Assembly: GCA_963718665.1 (NCBI GenBank)
Contig: OY970359.1
Coordinates: forward strand, 1,088,001 to 1,152,000
Reading direction: 5' to 3'
From: an uncultured Phycisphaerales bacterium
GTDB lineage: Bacteria > Planctomycetota > Phycisphaerae > Sedimentisphaerales > Anaerobacaceae
DNA length: 64,000 bases
Shown: in pieces, positions 51,358 to 62,900 of the stretch
How positions within the stretch are numbered: the first letter of the stretch is position 1
How the letters are laid out: every line of letters begins with the position of its first letter
The notes under the pieces: generated by a model
Seen by the model: the letters and a program-made list of their open reading frames with translations, nothing else
Databases searched by the model: none
What the model was told of the DNA's origin: nothing
Made by a program: the position numbers and the translations under genes

Positions 51358-53171
51358 TCAATCGATTTTTTCACCCGTAACTTCCTGAGTATCTCTCGAT
51401 GTTTTCTGCACTCCGGCCAGTTTTGCACCGTCGAGTTTGCAGTCGAAGACAATCGGATATTTGCCGGCTGATACTTTGAAGCTCACTTTATCGCCATCGA
51501 GAGTAATCTTGTTGATTGGCGTCACGCCATACAGGCCGCTCATGTCCGGATTGACCTTGAGGCGCTGCTCCGGGCTGCCCCATTTGACTTTTGAATTTAA
51601 AATCCAGTTTCCGATGAGCTGCGAGCCGGGGCTGTTCGCTTCGACGGGTATTGCATTAGCGTTTGTCTTGAGGATGCGACGGCCCTCTATATGGGATTTG
51701 TTCCCGTTGCAGGTTACGGTTCCCGAAATCCTGCTGCCTTCGATTGTCCCCGTGAAATAGCCGTTGATGATTTCCTTTCTGGATTGCGCCGGCTGGCAAA
51801 ACGTGATTGCTCCGTCCTTAAATCTGACGTCCCCAAGCTCGGTGAGTTGTTTCGAATTTATCCACTGTCCGGTTAACTTGCCTGCGCTGTCCGCCCCAAA
51901 ATATAAAATTGCATTGCCTTGTCCGCCACAGGGGTCTGCCTTCATCAGCCAGTCGCCGTATAACTCACTTGCCCCCATACGAGCCGATTCCGGCAGCGTA
52001 GAAACCGGTGTTTCCGCGATTTTGCTGAGGTCCGGCGGCGTATATCCGGGCGATTTGCCGGTAATAAGCAGTTGCTTCACATAAACGCCAAAATCCGGCG
52101 TCGGCATATAATTCCAGCCCGCTATCAATGTAGGCCCCGCGGCCGGATGCATATCCCACGCCGTGAACGACCAGTTATTATCATAAATTCCCTGGAGCAG
52201 GTGCAGCAGCCAGTCGTCGTTCAGCGCGGCTGACGGATTGTTCCCCCACCACTCCTTGCGCCGATTGGGGCCGCCCGACCAGCCAAATTCGGAAACGATA
52301 ACGGGAAATTTGACGCTGGCTTCTTTCATACTGGCAATCCATGTAAAGATACTTTCGCCAAAGTAGTCATAAGCGTGATTGGCGTAAATGACGCCGTTGC
52401 CCGTCGGGTCTTTGAGCTGTCTGCCCTCAAGTATGCCGTCGAAATCGTATGCAAACGCCAGACCGCCCGCGATGACAACGTTCTTGGCTCCTGTTGAGCG
52501 CACGGCATCGAGCATTTCCTGCATTCCCACGGCTTCGTATTCTTTCACCGGCAAATCGGGTCCGTTTGGCCGGTCATTGATTTCTCCGCCCTTCAGCCAG
52601 ACGTCCCAGGTTACGTCGTGCGGCTCGTTGTAAAGGTCAAAAATAACCGCCGGGTTATTCGCATATACAGAGGCGAAATCCTTCCAGAATATGATGCTGT
52701 TGCGGTCAGGCATCGAATGCTGGTTGATATTCTGTCCCCATTCGTTGACATCGGACCAGTGCAAATCCAGAATAATGTAGCAGCCCTTCGAGCTGCACAG
52801 GTCAACCACCTTTTTTACCAGCGCCGATATGCCTTGCCCTCATCCTTCTGTTCCGGGGCTTTCCCGAACCAGCGGTCCTGCGTTAACGGCAGGCGAATGA
52901 TGTTGCAGTTCCAGTCATCAATAGCGACTCGTACCGTCTCAAGGATATGTCCTTCTCCGTCGCTGGACCATTCAAGGGAGGCGGTGTTTACGCCTCGCAG
53001 CAAAACGGGCTGCTCCTTGCTGTTGAGAACCTGATTTCCTTTTACCTTCAGAGCAAGCGGCGGTGACGTTGATTTTACCTGCATCCCCGATTGCGATTTT
53101 TCCGGCGGCGTCGAGCACCCAGCCAATACAGCCGCTGTAAGCAAAATCGACACAACCAGTTTCACGTTCAT
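51358..53171 (-). CDS. GH5 (cellulase family) lipoprotein, frameshifted near 52820
   Basis: Lipobox LAGC; LRGVN, IRLP, ILDLHW, LYNEP, HAY and VSEFG motifs; beta-rich C-terminal domains. Confidence 0.85.
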
Positions 53172-53319
53172 ACGTTGCTCCTTTCATCAGTCCTTATCTG
53201 GAACAGATATAACTGCCCGGCGAAGAGGGTGTCAATCTGTGGTTTAAATCCGAAATGTAAATCGGCAATCGACATTTATCCGCCAGTCAATGTGGCGGAA
53301 TCGCAAATCGGAAATCAAT

Positions 53320-54393
53320 TTACTCTTTAATGACGACGTTACCTGTCCCTGAAGTGATTCGGCCAATCTTATAGACCTTCTCGCCATAGCCCGTCAGTTT
53401 CTCAGCAATCGAGTCGGCGAAATCCTCCGCGACGACTAAAACGTAACCAATCCCCATATTGAAAACGCGGAACATCTCTTCTTCCTCGACCGGGCCTTTT
53501 TCAGCTAAGAATTTGAAAATCGCAGGGATGGGCCAGCTTTCTTTTTTCAAAACCGCGTCGCAATTTTTCGGAAGCACCCGCGGGATATTGCCGGGCAATC
53601 CCGCCCCCGTGATATGCGCCATACCGTGAATGACTTTTTTGACCTTGTATTGTGAAAGCAGTTTAATAATGGGCCTGACGTAAATCTTCGTCGGCTCAAG
53701 CAAACAATCACCCAGTATCCGCCCATCAAGTTCCGGGATATTATCCGTCGGCTGGAACTGATTGGTCTTGAAGCAGATATTGCGGGCAAGCGCGTAGCCA
53801 TTGCTGTGCAGGCCACTTGAGGCAAGGCCAAGTATTACGTCGCCCTTGCGGACCTCTTTGGTGCCGGAGATGATTTTTTTCCGCTCAACGACGCCCACCG
53901 CGAAACCCGCCATATCAAAATCATCCGTTTTATAAGTATCGGGCATCTCGGCTGTCTCGCCGCCAATCAACGCGCAGTCCGCCATTCGGCAGCCCTTCGC
54001 GACGCCCTTGACCATTTCTGCCACGACGTGCGGGTCGAGCTTATTGAGCGCGATATAATCCAGAAAGAACAACGGCTCCGCCCCCAGCACTAACATATCA
54101 TTAACGCTCATCGCAACCAAATCGATACCCACGGTATCGAAGCGGTTCATTGTCGAGGCCAGAAGCACTTTACTGCCTACGCCGTCGGTGCAGGCGACAA
54201 GCACAGGGTTTTTGTAGTTTCTTTTGAAGAGGCGTTCATCGTAATCGAGGCGGAACAACCCCGCGAACCCCCCCTTAAGCGCCATCACCCGCGGATTGAA
54301 CGTGCTCGCCACGTGCGGGTAAATCAGGTCTTCCATTTCGTCGCTGGCGTCAATGTTCACGCCGGAACTTGCGTATGTTATTGGTTTACCCAT
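53320..54393 (-). CDS. purM: Phosphoribosylformylglycinamidine cyclo-ligase
   Basis: TDGVGSK, GAEPLFFLDY, GGETAEMP, SSGLHSNG and FNMGIG motifs. Confidence 0.95.
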   Translation of the reverse strand: MGKPITYASSGVNIDASDEMEDLIYPHVASTFNPRVMALKGGFAGLFRLDYDERLFKRNYKNPVLVACTDGVGSKVLLASTMNRFDTVGIDLVAMSVNDMLVLGAEPLFFLDYIALNKLDPHVVAEMVKGVAKGCRMADCALIGGETAEMPDTYKTDDFDMAGFAVGVVERKKIISGTKEVRKGDVILGLASSGLHSNGYALARNICFKTNQFQPTDNIPELDGRILGDCLLEPTKIYVRPIIKLLSQYKVKKVIHGMAHITGAGLPGNIPRVLPKNCDAVLKKESWPIPAIFKFLAEKGPVEEEEMFRVFNMGIGYVLVVAEDFADSIAEKLTGYGEKVYKIGRITSGTGNVVIKE

Positions 54394-54411
54394 TTGTTCT
54401 TCCGTATCGAA

Positions 54412-55910
54412 CTATTGCGAATCCTCGAACATCCTCATCTGGTAGTGTTCGAGCGAGAATTTAGTCATAGCTATGTCAACCGGTATTCTGTATTTGCCTG
54501 CCCAGCACGCCGTGCAGTAATGGTCCGGCGGTAAAGTCGCACAGGATAATAGGCCCTCGAGGGACATATAACCAAGCGATTCGACTTCAAGGAACTCGCG
54601 AATCTGCTCTAATGTCCGGTTGTTGGCGATCAGCTCTTCTTTGGTCGGAAAGTCAATGCCGTAAAAACAGGGAAAACGAATCGGCGGACAACTCACCCGC
54701 ATATGAATCTCTTTTGCCCCGGCGTCGCGGAACGCCTTGATTTTGCCCTTGGTAGTGGTGCCGCGGACGATGGAATCATCGACGACGACGATACGTTTGC
54801 CTTTTACGACTTCCCTGATAGGCGCAAGTTTTATTTTTACGGCAAGCTCCCGCGTGTTCTGGTCAGGCGAGATAAACGTCCTGCCGACGTAGTGGCTCCT
54901 GACCATACCCAAATCGAAAGGAATTCCTGATTTTTCAGCGAAGCCAATGGCGGCGGACGTTCCTGAGTCGGGAATAGGAACGACGACGTCGGCTTTGACC
55001 GGATGCTCAACTGCAAGTCGCCGGCCGAGTTTTTTCCGGAATTCGTAAACATTCTCGCCGAATATGCTGCTGTTTGGCTTCGCGAAATAGACGTGCTCGA
55101 ACAGGCAATGTGCGGGCTTGATACTGCCCGGCTTAATAAAGAACCTGCTGGACAGCCCCTTTTTGTCGAGCGTAACGATTTCTCCCGGCTCAACTTCGCG
55201 GATGAATTTCGCGTCGATGGCGTCGAGTGCACACGTCTCGCTCGCTACCACATACGCACCCGCGTCGGTTTTGCCGATGCACAGAGGCCGAATGCCGTAA
55301 GGGTCGCGTGCCGCCTCGATGCGGTCCGGGAAAAGGAATAATAACGAATATGCGCCCTGCAAATGATTGAGGACGTGACCCAGCGGATCGGGTTTCGAGA
55401 CGTGGGTGGGTTTGGCTATAAGATGGGCGATTATTTCAGTATCGGTTGTGGATTTGAATATGCTGCCGTATGCCTCGTATTCGTCGCGGAGCAGGCCTGC
55501 GTTAATGAGGTTGCCGTTATGGGCGATAGCGACCTGGCCTCGTGAATACTCAACGAAAAACGGCTGGCTGTTGGCCACCTTCGATGAGCCGGTTGTTGAG
55601 TAGCGGACATGGCCTATGGCGATTGGGTTGGCTAAACTTTCCATTATGCCTGTGCCCGGCGGAAGACCCGCTGGACGTTGCCCATTGCCGTATAGCAGTT
55701 GATTGTTTCGCCGTTGCTCGACGCGATGCCCGCGGATTCCTGCCCTCGGTGTTGCAGGGCGAAAATACCATAGTATGTTTTCTGCACCGCTGCCGGGTCG
55801 CCGAATATGCCGAACAGGCCGCAGTTTTCCTTCTTATCGCATGTAAAATCTGCCGGTGGTTCGATGTGCTCACCACTGAAAGGCGGACAGTGTTCGCTTT
55901 CGTAATGCAT
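54412..55910 (-). CDS. purF: Amidophosphoribosyltransferase, frameshifted near 55655
   Basis: ENCGLFG, LQHRGQESAG, GHVRYSTTG, AHNGNL and VVVDDSIVRGTT split over two frames. Confidence 0.92.
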
Positions 55911-55983
55911 CAAGATTTACCCCTGGATAACCACCTACCGCCCACGCCTGCCGACGGGCAAGGGTTTGGGGCGATAAAGGAAT

Positions 55984-56012
55984 AGTTTAACTGAACCGGC
56001 TCCTGGCGTCAA
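55984..56012 (-). promoter_or_regulatory. Sigma-70 promoter of purF-purM
   Basis: TTGACG-N17-TAAACT. Confidence 0.7.
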
Positions 56013-56064
56013 GTCCGGCGATAACTTTATATATACGCCGGCGAGGGCAATTTGGGCGGAGGAT

Positions 56065-56484
56065 TTAGGCGTCGGGATACATAAATTCGGGCATCCGGCG
56101 GATTTTGCCCTTGCCATCGACGCAGGCAAGAACGCTTTCGGCCTCGGCTAACAGTTCGCCGGTATTGGGTCTGGTTAGCTTGTAAGAATGCTCAACTTTG
56201 CTGGCGGTAACATTTGTGCAGATTGTTTCGAGGTTAAGCTTTTCATCGTAAAAAGCGGGTCTGCGGTACTTGATGCGCAGCTCGGCTATTACGAAAAAGA
56301 CGCCCGCAGCTTCGAGGTCCTTGTAGGCAAGCCCGTTGGCGCGAAGCAGTTCGGTTCGGCCCATCTCGAAATAGACGGGATAGACGCTGTGATGCACGAC
56401 GCCGCCCTGGTCGGTCTCGCTGTATCGCGGCTGGATGGTTATCGTGCAGGATTTAATCTTTGTACTGTCCGGGAAACCCATCAA
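56065..56484 (-). CDS. Acyl-CoA thioesterase (YbgC/FadM family)
   Basis: RYSETDQGGVVHHSVYPVYFEMGRTE and YRRPAFYD motifs. Confidence 0.9.
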   Translation of the reverse strand: MMGFPDSTKIKSCTITIQPRYSETDQGGVVHHSVYPVYFEMGRTELLRANGLAYKDLEAAGVFFVIAELRIKYRRPAFYDEKLNLETICTNVTASKVEHSYKLTRPNTGELLAEAESVLACVDGKGKIRRMPEFMYPDA

Positions 56485-56666
56485 GTTATCACCCTGTTTA
56501 TATCAATTTATCGTATTTCGTAACATCTGGCGGACACAAAGAATACCAAAATCGGGACGGGTTTGTCAAAATATTCAATTGACTTTTGAATGTCGTTATG
56601 GGAAGATTACTGCCTTGTGTTTTAACGGAAATGTTGCGAATTTATACTCCACGAAAGGATATCCAA

Positions 56667-58007
56667 ATGAAAATTAGCACGAAATTGGTTTTATCGGGAG
56701 TTTGCTTGCTGGCTGGAATGGTCTTATTTCAGGGCTGCCAAACGGCGGCGGTAAAAGAAACAAAGCCCGAAGTCAAGCCGGCAGCCCCGGTGGTAAAAGC
56801 TGCCGAGCCGAACGTTGTGGCCAAAGAAGCAAAACCCGAGGTCAAAGTGGAAGCCAAAGAAACAAAGCCCGAAGCCAAAGCTGAAGTTAAGGAAGCAAAG
56901 CCGGAGGTCAAGCCGGCAGCCCCGGAGGTAAAAGCTGCCGAGCCGAACGTTGCGGCCAAAGAAGCAAAGCCCGAAGCCAAACCGGCAGTCCCGGCGGTAA
57001 AAGCTGCCGAGCCGAATGTTGTTGCGGAAAGCAACGGCGTTGCAGTTACAGTTAATGGCAAGGATATTACCGAGGCGGACGTTGACGCCAAGATAAATGC
57101 GTATATGACGCGGATGGCTTCCCAGATTCCGCCGGGTATGACCGAGCAATACAAGAAGCAAATGCGACCTCAGGTGGTCGAGAGTATGGTTATGGAACAG
57201 CTTTTAGATGAGCAGATAAAGAAAGCGAACATCAACATAACCGACAGCGACGTAAACAACAAGATTAACGAAATCATAGCCACCCAGCCGGGTATGACAA
57301 TGGAATCGTTCAAGGAGATGATTACATCACGGGGACAGTCGTTTGACGAGGTAAAAGAGCAGATAAAAAAGACGATGAGTTATGAAAAGCTTATCGCTAA
57401 CGTAGAGGTCAACGACGCCGAGGCGAAGGCGTTTTATGATGAGAATAAAGAGGACTTCAATAAGCCCGAGCAGGTCAAGGCGAGTCATATTCTTGTGAAG
57501 GTAGATGCACCAGCAACGCCTGAGCAGAAGGCGGCTGCTAAAACGAAGATAGAGGGTTTGCTCAAACAGGCAAAGGCGGGCGGAGATTTTGCCGCTCTGG
57601 CGAAGGAGAATTCCGACGACACCGGCTCGAAGATGAGGGGCGGCGACCTTGGATTTTTCGATAAAAACACAATGGTCAAGGAGTTTGCCGACGCGGCGTT
57701 CGCGTTGAAGGTTGGAGATATAAGCGGTGTGGTCGAGACGCAGTACGGCTACCACATAATAAAGGTCACCGACCGCAAAAAGGGCGGCCTGACGCCATTC
57801 GAGAAGGCAAAGCCGGATATCATAAAATCGCTTGAGGACAAAAAGAAAGGCGAGCTGTTCAGGCAGCTTCTTGAGAAAATAAAAGCGGAAGCCAAGATAG
57901 TGTATCCTCCCGGCAAAGAGCCGAAGCCGAGGATGCCGATGATGCCGAAAGGACAGAGACCGAACACACAGGCGCCCCAGTCCGAGTCAGCGCCGTCGCC
58001 GAAGTAA
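56667..58007 (+). CDS. Parvulin-type peptidyl-prolyl isomerase (PrsA/SurA-like) lipoprotein
   Basis: Lipobox FQGC; VKASHILV, FAALAKENSDD, GGDLGFF and ETQYGYHIIK motifs; K/P/E/A repeat linker. Confidence 0.92.
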   Translation: MKISTKLVLSGVCLLAGMVLFQGCQTAAVKETKPEVKPAAPVVKAAEPNVVAKEAKPEVKVEAKETKPEAKAEVKEAKPEVKPAAPEVKAAEPNVAAKEAKPEAKPAVPAVKAAEPNVVAESNGVAVTVNGKDITEADVDAKINAYMTRMASQIPPGMTEQYKKQMRPQVVESMVMEQLLDEQIKKANINITDSDVNNKINEIIATQPGMTMESFKEMITSRGQSFDEVKEQIKKTMSYEKLIANVEVNDAEAKAFYDENKEDFNKPEQVKASHILVKVDAPATPEQKAAAKTKIEGLLKQAKAGGDFAALAKENSDDTGSKMRGGDLGFFDKNTMVKEFADAAFALKVGDISGVVETQYGYHIIKVTDRKKGGLTPFEKAKPDIIKSLEDKKKGELFRQLLEKIKAEAKIVYPPGKEPKPRMPMMPKGQRPNTQAPQSESAPSPK

Positions 58008-58033
58008 ACATAGTATTGTGAGCGTAAAATAAG

Positions 58034-58071
58034 CTGGGTTCCCGCAGCGAATGGGAACCCGGTTTTTTATT
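58034..58071 (+). terminator. Intrinsic terminator
   Basis: CTGGGTTCCC..GGGAACCCGG followed by TTTTTTATT. Confidence 0.8.
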
Positions 58072-58088
58072 GGCGTTTCGTTTTTATT

Positions 58089-58688
58089 TCAGCACACATG
58101 GGTTTCTTCTGGGAAGTTTAAGCAGGCAAACTCACCGCGATACTTCTTCGCCGCCTCATCATACGCTTTTGCGGCTTCTACTTCAGAGTCGAAGTAACCG
58201 AGAGATATTCTTTTCTTCGACACGCTGATGTATGCTGTCCACTTCCGGTATGCTTTGTAAAAACTGACCCCTTTGAACCGTGATGAGGTATTTTTTCTTT
58301 TTCGCATATTGCCGCAATTCTGTGCACGCGTTGCCAGCCGCAGATTGGCCCTCCTGTTATCGAGAGAATCGCCGTTTCTGTGGTCAACAAGAACGCCTTT
58401 AGGGGCATCCATAATCAACCTGTGCAATCGCACAAGTTTTATATAGTCAGCGCCGATTCTTTGGCCCCTCGTAGCATAGTATTTATTTTTGTTTCCGGCA
58501 GCGTACCATTTGAAGCGGGCAAATTGGTAGTAATCCTTCAGGTCCACGATTGTCCATAGCCTTTCGTCTAAGTAAATTTTCCGATAAGTGTAGCCGAACT
58601 TCAATTGCCGGTAAATCACCACCGGCCACGCAAAAATACGGTCTAACCAAACGGGAATCTTTATTGAAATGTTAATGCCAGTTTCCAT
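58089..58688 (-). CDS. HNH endonuclease-AP2 domain protein
   Basis: LHRLIM..VDHRNGDSLDNRRANLR (HNH); SRFKGV..WTAYI..LGYFDSEVEAAKAYD (AP2). Confidence 0.9.
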   Translation of the reverse strand: METGINISIKIPVWLDRIFAWPVVIYRQLKFGYTYRKIYLDERLWTIVDLKDYYQFARFKWYAAGNKNKYYATRGQRIGADYIKLVRLHRLIMDAPKGVLVDHRNGDSLDNRRANLRLATRAQNCGNMRKRKNTSSRFKGVSFYKAYRKWTAYISVSKKRISLGYFDSEVEAAKAYDEAAKKYRGEFACLNFPEETHVC

Positions 58689-59265
58689 ATCTCACCTTCC
58701 TGTCCCCGAGTGTCTGCTAACTTGGCAGGTAACAGGGGATCCAAAAATTGTTTTAAAATCCCAAATTCCACTTTTCAAATTATAAATCAAAAATTGGAAC
58801 AGACCTTATCTTGGCCTGAATCTTGGGACTGCTGTCCCGAAATGCCGTGCGGTTCTCCGCTACTCCTGCCCTGTCTTGGGCTGCTACCTTGCCTGCCCTC
58901 CGTAGCCTTTGGCGAAGGAGGGTCCCTCTATATATAGGGTGATTTTGCGTGTGTTTTAAGGAGTTACGAAATATTTTTTTCCTGCCCTAAATCAGTAAGT
59001 TCTTGTGGGAAAAGGAATAAAAAAAATTTCAAAAATCGTGAAATTTTTTTGACAATATAGGTAATATATCAATAACAGTTACACAGTATTACTTCCCGGC
59101 CTGCCCTTCGTAGCAAGCATCGTCCTCCATAGCAATAGCGAAGAAGGGATTTTTTTCGGGCACTTGCGCGACAAGCGTTTTAAGTATCTATATAGATTGC
59201 CCAAATTAACACGGATGGACAAACCGTCCGCGAAATGATTATCACTAAATTATTGCCTACTAACA

Positions 59266-59940
59266 TTAATTCGTAAAATCAAGCAGTAAATGATATACCA
59301 AGAGCTTACGATTATTCGTTATTCTGTTATGCTTGGTTTTATAGCAGTGATTAACATTTTCAACGCGAGCTTCTTGCCATAGACCATCTTCCGTTATGCT
59401 CACTTCTTCACTTCTGCTGAGAGCATCAGGAATTTGTTTGGCCCAATATTCACAATCATCAGATTGAATATATCCCAGCATTCCGCCGGTATTATCTTCT
59501 GGAGCGTAATTTCCTGTTATAAATTCCATCAATCCTTCATTGCCAATATAGTTACCTACAGGAAAATTTTTGTTCTTCAGCCGCTTAGCTTCAAATCGAA
59601 TACGCTTCTGGGGCTTTCTTCCCGCTAACGTGCAAACAATATCAACCCTCTTTCTATTTTTACCCAATCTCCCTTTTGTGTTTTCGGGGGACTCCTCATT
59701 CACAACGTAATTATTTGTCCACTCAGGAGAGGAAAAGCTATCGATATATTCGTTTGTGCATCTCACAAGTTCTCCCGTTATACTTGGCTCTTCTTCGTTA
59801 GAATAGTCATCATTATTTTCTATAAGCCTTTTGTGCCCGGCAATAATCAAACATAAAGCATCGCGATGAAAACCAGCTTCATAATCATTGCTGTCATCTG
59901 ACCGATTGATGCTTAGTTTGTTTTGCCCCGAGATTGCCAT
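59266..59940 (-). CDS. Putative PD-(D/E)XK nuclease partner of the methyltransferase
   Basis: RVDIV..IRFEAKRL; starts 3 nt after the MTase stop; AT-rich. Confidence 0.6.
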   Translation of the reverse strand: MAISGQNKLSINRSDDSNDYEAGFHRDALCLIIAGHKRLIENNDDYSNEEEPSITGELVRCTNEYIDSFSSPEWTNNYVVNEESPENTKGRLGKNRKRVDIVCTLAGRKPQKRIRFEAKRLKNKNFPVGNYIGNEGLMEFITGNYAPEDNTGGMLGYIQSDDCEYWAKQIPDALSRSEEVSITEDGLWQEARVENVNHCYKTKHNRITNNRKLLVYHLLLDFTN

Positions 59941-59943
59941 GGG

Positions 59944-62900
59944 TTATTTGTTTGTTGCCAGTTTCTCCGCAATAAAATCATCAGCTTCCGCAAGAGCCTG
60001 GCTTTTCAACCAGTACAATCTCTGTCGGGGTTTGAATATATACGTTTTTCTACCTTCATGAATTTGTAAACAGCGAGTGAAATATATCCACTGACTTTTT
60101 GCTTCTGTTAATTTTTCCTGTAGCTCGTTCATTATCTGTCGAGTCTTGTTGTCTTCAACTTTATTAACTTCAGGCTCTGTTGCCGTGGATTGTTTAAGAT
60201 GATCAACTATCATAACTGTTGAGTTATCGGAATAATATATCTTTACATTGTGAACTTTGCTCTTGCCGCTATGGTCTAGAAATAGATCAAGCTCTTCCTG
60301 GAATATGCTGGCAAATTCATCTATTTCTTTTTTTGTTGCCGGTTCAATCACATCTTTGGCATCAATAACGCCATCGTTTAGCTTCATTCGAACATTAAGC
60401 ATGTCTTCAATTAGCCATTGTTGTTTTTTGCTTATCCCCAAAAGTGTAAAAACATTATTATTCATTTTCTTTAAGAGATCGTCCAATCTTGGTAATGAGT
60501 CCTTCGGTTTGGACGAGTCGCCTAGATGTTCAAACAACGGTGTTCGTTCATATCCTCGACTTTTTACTCTTAGTCGCCTTTCTCTTTCCTCCGCTTCGGC
60601 TATTTCATCATGAAGCTTAGCCCATTCAGTTAAAGCGCTATCTGAAAGCTCAGATAATGGCACCGGTAGCTTCTTAAGATCATAAAGATTCGGCCGGTCT
60701 CTCTCTATACCCCATGCAGCACTAGTTAGCCATTGTTGGTATTTGACAAATTGCGATTTAAGATATAATGCCAGAGCCTTTAACAATCTCTTTTGATTAT
60801 CTTGACCTGCAATTCCTATCTGTCGAGGAGGTATCATAAAATCAACCTCCGAGTAAACAGAAAAGCTTCTGGAAGCCGAAATTATTATGTGGGGTGCTTT
60901 AAATAATTTCAACCCGGCTTTTCCACCTCTATTTCTCAAATAAACGTCGTTACGACCAAAGCTTTTGTAAACATTACTTTGTAGAGCAAAACAATCCTCA
61001 GGAATCTCTTCAACATTGGTGTAGTATTTATCTACGTATTCAGGGTAATACTTGTGATTAGCTTTAAACTTTGTAAGACGATCCTGATAACTTTCGAGCG
61101 TCTCCGACTCGGACCTGATTGGTAATGTTCTAAATTCAGGCCCTTGATTCATGGCCAAACCATAGTGATTCTTAAAAGCCAAAATATCATTGTATTTATT
61201 TAATATAATATCTAATAAATATTTATCTCGGTGCATACCCCACATTGCTGTTTTCCAGGGTATGGAAGAACCATCCTTGATATCTCTAAAGGATATTTCT
61301 TTTATCGTGGAATAATTCACAAAAATAGACCATATCCTTTTAGTTTCGCCTTTCTGGCTAAGTTGGGATGCATGCTCTACTGCAAAAGGAGCATAAGTAG
61401 TTATGTAATGCTCCGATTTATTCCAATCTTTTTTGCCGGAATAGAAAAATGCTGCCGCAGGATTAATTGCCTCTTCGAACAAATATCTTCTGATATTTGC
61501 AAAATTTACAATACACCACGTTTCGATTTCAGAAAAGAATTTAGCCCTAAATCGGTGCCCCTGTTTTTTGAATAATGTCAGGGCGGGCATAAGTAGCCCG
61601 CATTGTCCGTCTTCACTTAGAAATTGAGTTGCTTTCCAAGCAAATGCTTCCGCCAATTGGTAGTTATCAACTGGATATGTTTTGTTATTGGCATCTATCC
61701 AATCAATGGCCTTACAATCAGATAACTTTTTGTCTTTCTTTTTGTTTATATTTTTCCATGGCGGATTACCGATAATCCAGTCATAGCTTTGCTTAGGTAT
61801 AGATACATCATCTTCGTCAAAAAAACCGCCTTTGCAGTGGAAAATATTTTGGTTGTGCAAATTTGGAAGTCTGAAAGTAGGATAAGTTCTCAGATCGTGA
61901 GGTTCGATATAATCGAGCAAAGTAAGAGATAAACTTAATTCTGCTACCCGGCAAGCCTCCTCGTCTGCATCCAGACCAAAAATATGATCAACTAAAAGCT
62001 TTCTTAATTCTGTAGGATTGAGTTTGGCTTTTCTACTTCTTACGATGCTTTCGACCAATCTTCGATAACATTGAACCAGAAATGCCCCCGAACCACATGA
62101 CGGGTCAAAAACTTTCATTCCCTCCTTGAGAGGTTTTTTAGTGTCTAATTCATCAAGTATGAAATTAACCAAATGAACAGGGGTGTAATAAGCACCTTTT
62201 TCTTTTCCCTCACCCTCTTGGTGTAAAAACTGTTGATAAACTACAGACAGGGTTTCTATGGGAATGCAAGAAAAATCATACATACTAAACAGAACCTGTT
62301 GAACGCTTTCAGGATCATCACCTTTGAAAACACTAGCAACTTTTTTGATATGTTTTGCTTGTATATTATTAGTGCTTGGCAACGGGAAAACCGAGCCGTT
62401 TAAAAAAACGTTCAAGTATTCTTCAAGCTCATAAAGCTTAGTCTTATTAGCATTTCTACCAAAAATATCATCTACATTATTCTTTGCTTTTTCAAACCGT
62501 TCATCAGAGAGAATGCCCCTGTCTCTTAGATATTTCAAGTAAATGTATTTTCCTATTAAGATATGAGCCTGTTCCATTGGCAGATTGTAATTTTTGCCGG
62601 TAAGAACTGTGGCGAGTTTTTTAAGGTTTCCTAGCAGATGCCGATCAACTCGTTTCTCAGTTGAGATTATTTTTTGCTTCCAAATGTCTCCAGAGTCAAT
62701 AGCTTCGGATTTGAACGCAGAAAGTTTACTCAAAACTTCCGTGGCATTTTTGGCTACTTCTAAAAATCTTTCTTCTTCACTTTGATTACGGTCATATTCG
62801 AAGCCAGAATATAAACGGAATTTCTTTGGTGTAACAACAAGCAAAAAGGGGACTATGTTTTGGTTCCAGACCCTATGATGGATTTTTTCAGCTTTATCCT

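Noticed and set aside
54412..55910. Genuine pseudogenes or programmed frameshifting in purF and the other split genes
   Set aside because: There are no slippery heptamers and no other signs of decay, so sequencing error is the simpler explanation.
55911..55983. PRPP/ppGpp (ykkC) or ZTP riboswitch before purF
   Set aside because: The leader is only about 70 nt with a small hairpin and lacks the conserved motifs of either class.
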